From Marsupella aquatica (taxonomy: Eukaryota; Plantae; Marchantiophyta): a stretch of DNA of 64,000 bases. A program made the translations under genes and the position numbers. The DNA is taken from positions 19,657,224 to 19,721,223 of the forward strand of contig OZ316897.1 in assembly GCA_973895155.1 (NCBI GenBank), written 5' to 3'. Of the stretch, positions 61,557 through 64,000 are shown in pieces (the stretch's first letter is position 1; every line of letters starts with the position of its first letter). The notes under the pieces are model-generated. The model worked only from the letters and a program-made list of their open reading frames with translations. It did no database searches and was not told the DNA's origin.

Positions 61557-63363
61557 ATGGCGAAACTCAGCGAAATCTTCAAAGCAGAAGGATTAGCATG
61601 CGCAAAGAGAGACAATTTAAACCAGCAAGCTACAGGCTCGAGAGAAGAGGATCAGGTTTCATCCAGACTAGGAAAGGAAGCGATGGAGGATGAATGGGAG
61701 GAAGGAAGCACGAGCAACAATTCGGTTGGAATAGAAAAAGTCACAAGAACTATTGGTAACTGGTCGATCACTACCGAGTGCCAGTCTGCAATAAAATCAT
61801 TATCGGCAAATAGTCTGAAGGACGATTGTTCTAAGATACAGCTACAAATGGATGTCAACCCACAAGCAACGAGTGTCGCAGTTACAGAGCTCCTATCCAA
61901 AGCGGTCCTATTCTTCTTTACAGGTGGAGTCCCTACTTTTAAGCAGTTCTTGAAGTGGGCGCAGGAAGAATTTTGCTTCAAAAGAAAGTGGGCAGTAAAG
62001 AGTACTAAATACGTCGGATTGAATTACTTCCTGGTTACTTTTTGTTCGCATGATCATAAGCTGGCGGCCCTAGGTAGCTCGCCCTGGTACTTGGGCAATA
62101 AATATGTCTACTGTGCACCATGGGACCCAGCATTTTCCCTTCATTCACCTTTCTTGGGGAGAATGCCAGTCTGGGCTGAGCTCACATACCGGGAGTTAGC
62201 CCTGGAAGGGAGTGGAAAACAGGTGTTTGAAAAGATGGGAGATATACTTCACTTTAGTCCAGCGCTTGGGGACTCATCTTCCCCACATGATCGTGCCTGT
62301 CTATTATGGGACATGAATAAGCCCCTTCCGGAGATCCTTGTCATAAATCTGAGAGGAGAGGATCAACAAGAAGTTACAACTATCCATCAACAAGTTGAAT
62401 ATATACACATCCCTTATGTGTGTTATATCTGTAAAGCGCTGGGTCACGTGGGCTCTAACTGCTCAAAGGGATCTCCGCAGTCTGCCCCAAACCAAGACAG
62501 CACACAAACCTTGCCTGCCCAGGCTACGACAAAGGTAAGGACTGATCCAACATCGCTAGCAGAACGGGGGAGTACCTCGCCCGCTCCTAACGTGGATCTC
62601 CATTTGGATCCAGGCCTGAGGTATGAAGGATTACTTCCGTCCCCTCCCATCAGTCTGGGATCATCTGCAGTCAAGATTCCATACCAGATATTCCATGATA
62701 ATAGGGGTATAGGTCGGATCAAGCCTCATCAGGCTCAATATTCTGATGTCTTGATGTATCCACAGTCCCAGGGGATGGAATTGTTGACAGGAGAAGCAAT
62801 GATGCACATCAACGGAGCAGGTCCTCTCTACAAGTGGCAGACCCTTGTCACAGACAATCAGGACACCAATCATCCATCCTTTTTTATACCAGGCTGCACC
62901 TATTCAAACACATTCGCTCCATGGCAGCCATACAACATATCATCAAGATTGGAATCTAAAGCAGACGTAGGAGCTAGGATCTCGCGCTCCACAGATGTAG
63001 TCCTTCCTGCGGTTGGTGTGAACACTCGCACTTGGAAGAGTTCAAATATAGCGTCACCCTCATCAGAAACTACTCAAACTGGAAGGTTGCACAACCGTCT
63101 AGCACGACCATCAAGGAATAAAATCATCAAGAAGAAACAGAATCTCGGCCCATTAATTGTTCTCCTCAGCAGTTCTAAGATCATCAGAAACAGCTTACAC
63201 AACGCTTCTCTACAATCAGATCCTGGGGGATACTTCAGGGCGTTACACCTCCAATAACGAGTCTACGTCAATGGAAGAAGAAACAGGGCGAGACAGCAAC
63301 TCTTCAAGCTCGGAGTACGAAACAATATCCGACACAACAACAAATAATCAGGAAGTAGGTTGA
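61557..63363 (+). CDS. L1-type LINE ORF1 (DUF4283-like + CCHC knuckle), probably frameshifted near the 3' end
   Basis: NYFLVTF..SPWYLG..WDPAF..PVWAEL; CYICKALGHVGSNC. Confidence 0.8.
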
Positions 63364-63401
63364 GGTAATACCGCTCCCTACTGTTATTAAGTGCTTGAAT
63401 T

Positions 63402-64000
63402 ATGGATGATCTCTTGAACATCGCAATATGGAATGTCTCCGGCCTCTGTGATCCAAATAGAAAATATATAGTACAAAAATGGATTAAAGATATGCGTAAC
63501 TCTATACACATTCTAACTCTTCTCGAAATAAAAGCTAACGATTTCCGTCTCATCTCTGCTCTTTCCCTTATTCTTCCTGGATATAAAACTCTTATCGCTC
63601 ACCCGGTTGGTGGGAGGGGAGGGGCAGCTATGCTAATCCACCCTTCCTTCCAGGTCACAAATTTTGGCATCTCACCAGTCAGTAGTGCCATATGGGCCAC
63701 TATTGAAAGCGATAAAGGTTGCTTTGGTATAGTGGGTCTATATGCTTCTAACGTCTCTGCTGTCAGAACCCAGCTTTGGGAATACTTATTGCTCACTCTT
63801 TCGGTCGAGAACTGGGTTATTTCTGGAGATTTTAACATGACAGAAAAAGAAAAAAACTCAGTTGCTGGCCACTCTTCTTTGCTCTCCGGTGCTGAATTAG
63901 AAGCCTGGTGTGAGTTTAGGTGTCGTTTTGACCTTCACAATGCCTATAAACTTGCTCGCTCCGTCTACGGCTCCTGCTACACGTGGAGGAGAGACACTCT
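63402..64000 (+). CDS. LINE ORF2 N-terminal APE endonuclease, runs off the window
   Basis: Translated by hand: MDDLLNIAIWNVSGL..LLEIK..GRGGAAMLI..GLYAS..WVISGDFN..YTW. Confidence 0.88.
   Translation, partial: MDDLLNIAIWNVSGLCDPNRKYIVQKWIKDMRNSIHILTLLEIKANDFRLISALSLILPGYKTLIAHPVGGRGGAAMLIHPSFQVTNFGISPVSSAIWATIESDKGCFGIVGLYASNVSAVRTQLWEYLLLTLSVENWVISGDFNMTEKEKNSVAGHSSLLSGAELEAWCEFRCRFDLHNAYKLARSVYGSCYTWRRDT

Overview
Eukaryotic DNA with spliceosomal introns, made almost entirely of nested and mostly decayed transposable elements. A non-seed land plant such as a liverwort or moss is my inference from the TE content. From left to right: (1) an intron-containing ParB-like + prokaryote-type beta-class amino-DNA-methyltransferase gene (~2.0-5.06 kb); (2) a CACTA element starting at 5478, with a SET-domain exon between its first exon and the transposase; (3) a truncated Sola-like (DDD, GHTHEDxD motif) transposon and a 178-bp palindromic repeat block; (4) a fully bounded 17.65-kb Sola-like DNA transposon (17903-35557; ~27-bp TIRs, 4-bp TSD AAGT) carrying a divergently transcribed ParB-like/methyltransferase/HAD-phosphatase/CCCH cargo gene and many copies of one near-palindromic motif; (5) an Athila/Tat-type Ty3/gypsy element (37061-60148; TSD CTGGC) with an extra 3' ORF ending in a second retropepsin, a CACTA derivative in one LTR and a nested insertion in gag; (6) two insertions of 4-4.7 kb TG...CA units with 5-bp TSDs (solo-LTR-like) that each encode a large accessory protein; (7) the 5' part of an L1-type LINE. 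The best candidate for an undescribed system is a family of cargo-carrying DNA transposons that encode their own DNA/chromatin-modifying enzymes. All domain calls are motif-based, made by eye without database searches.
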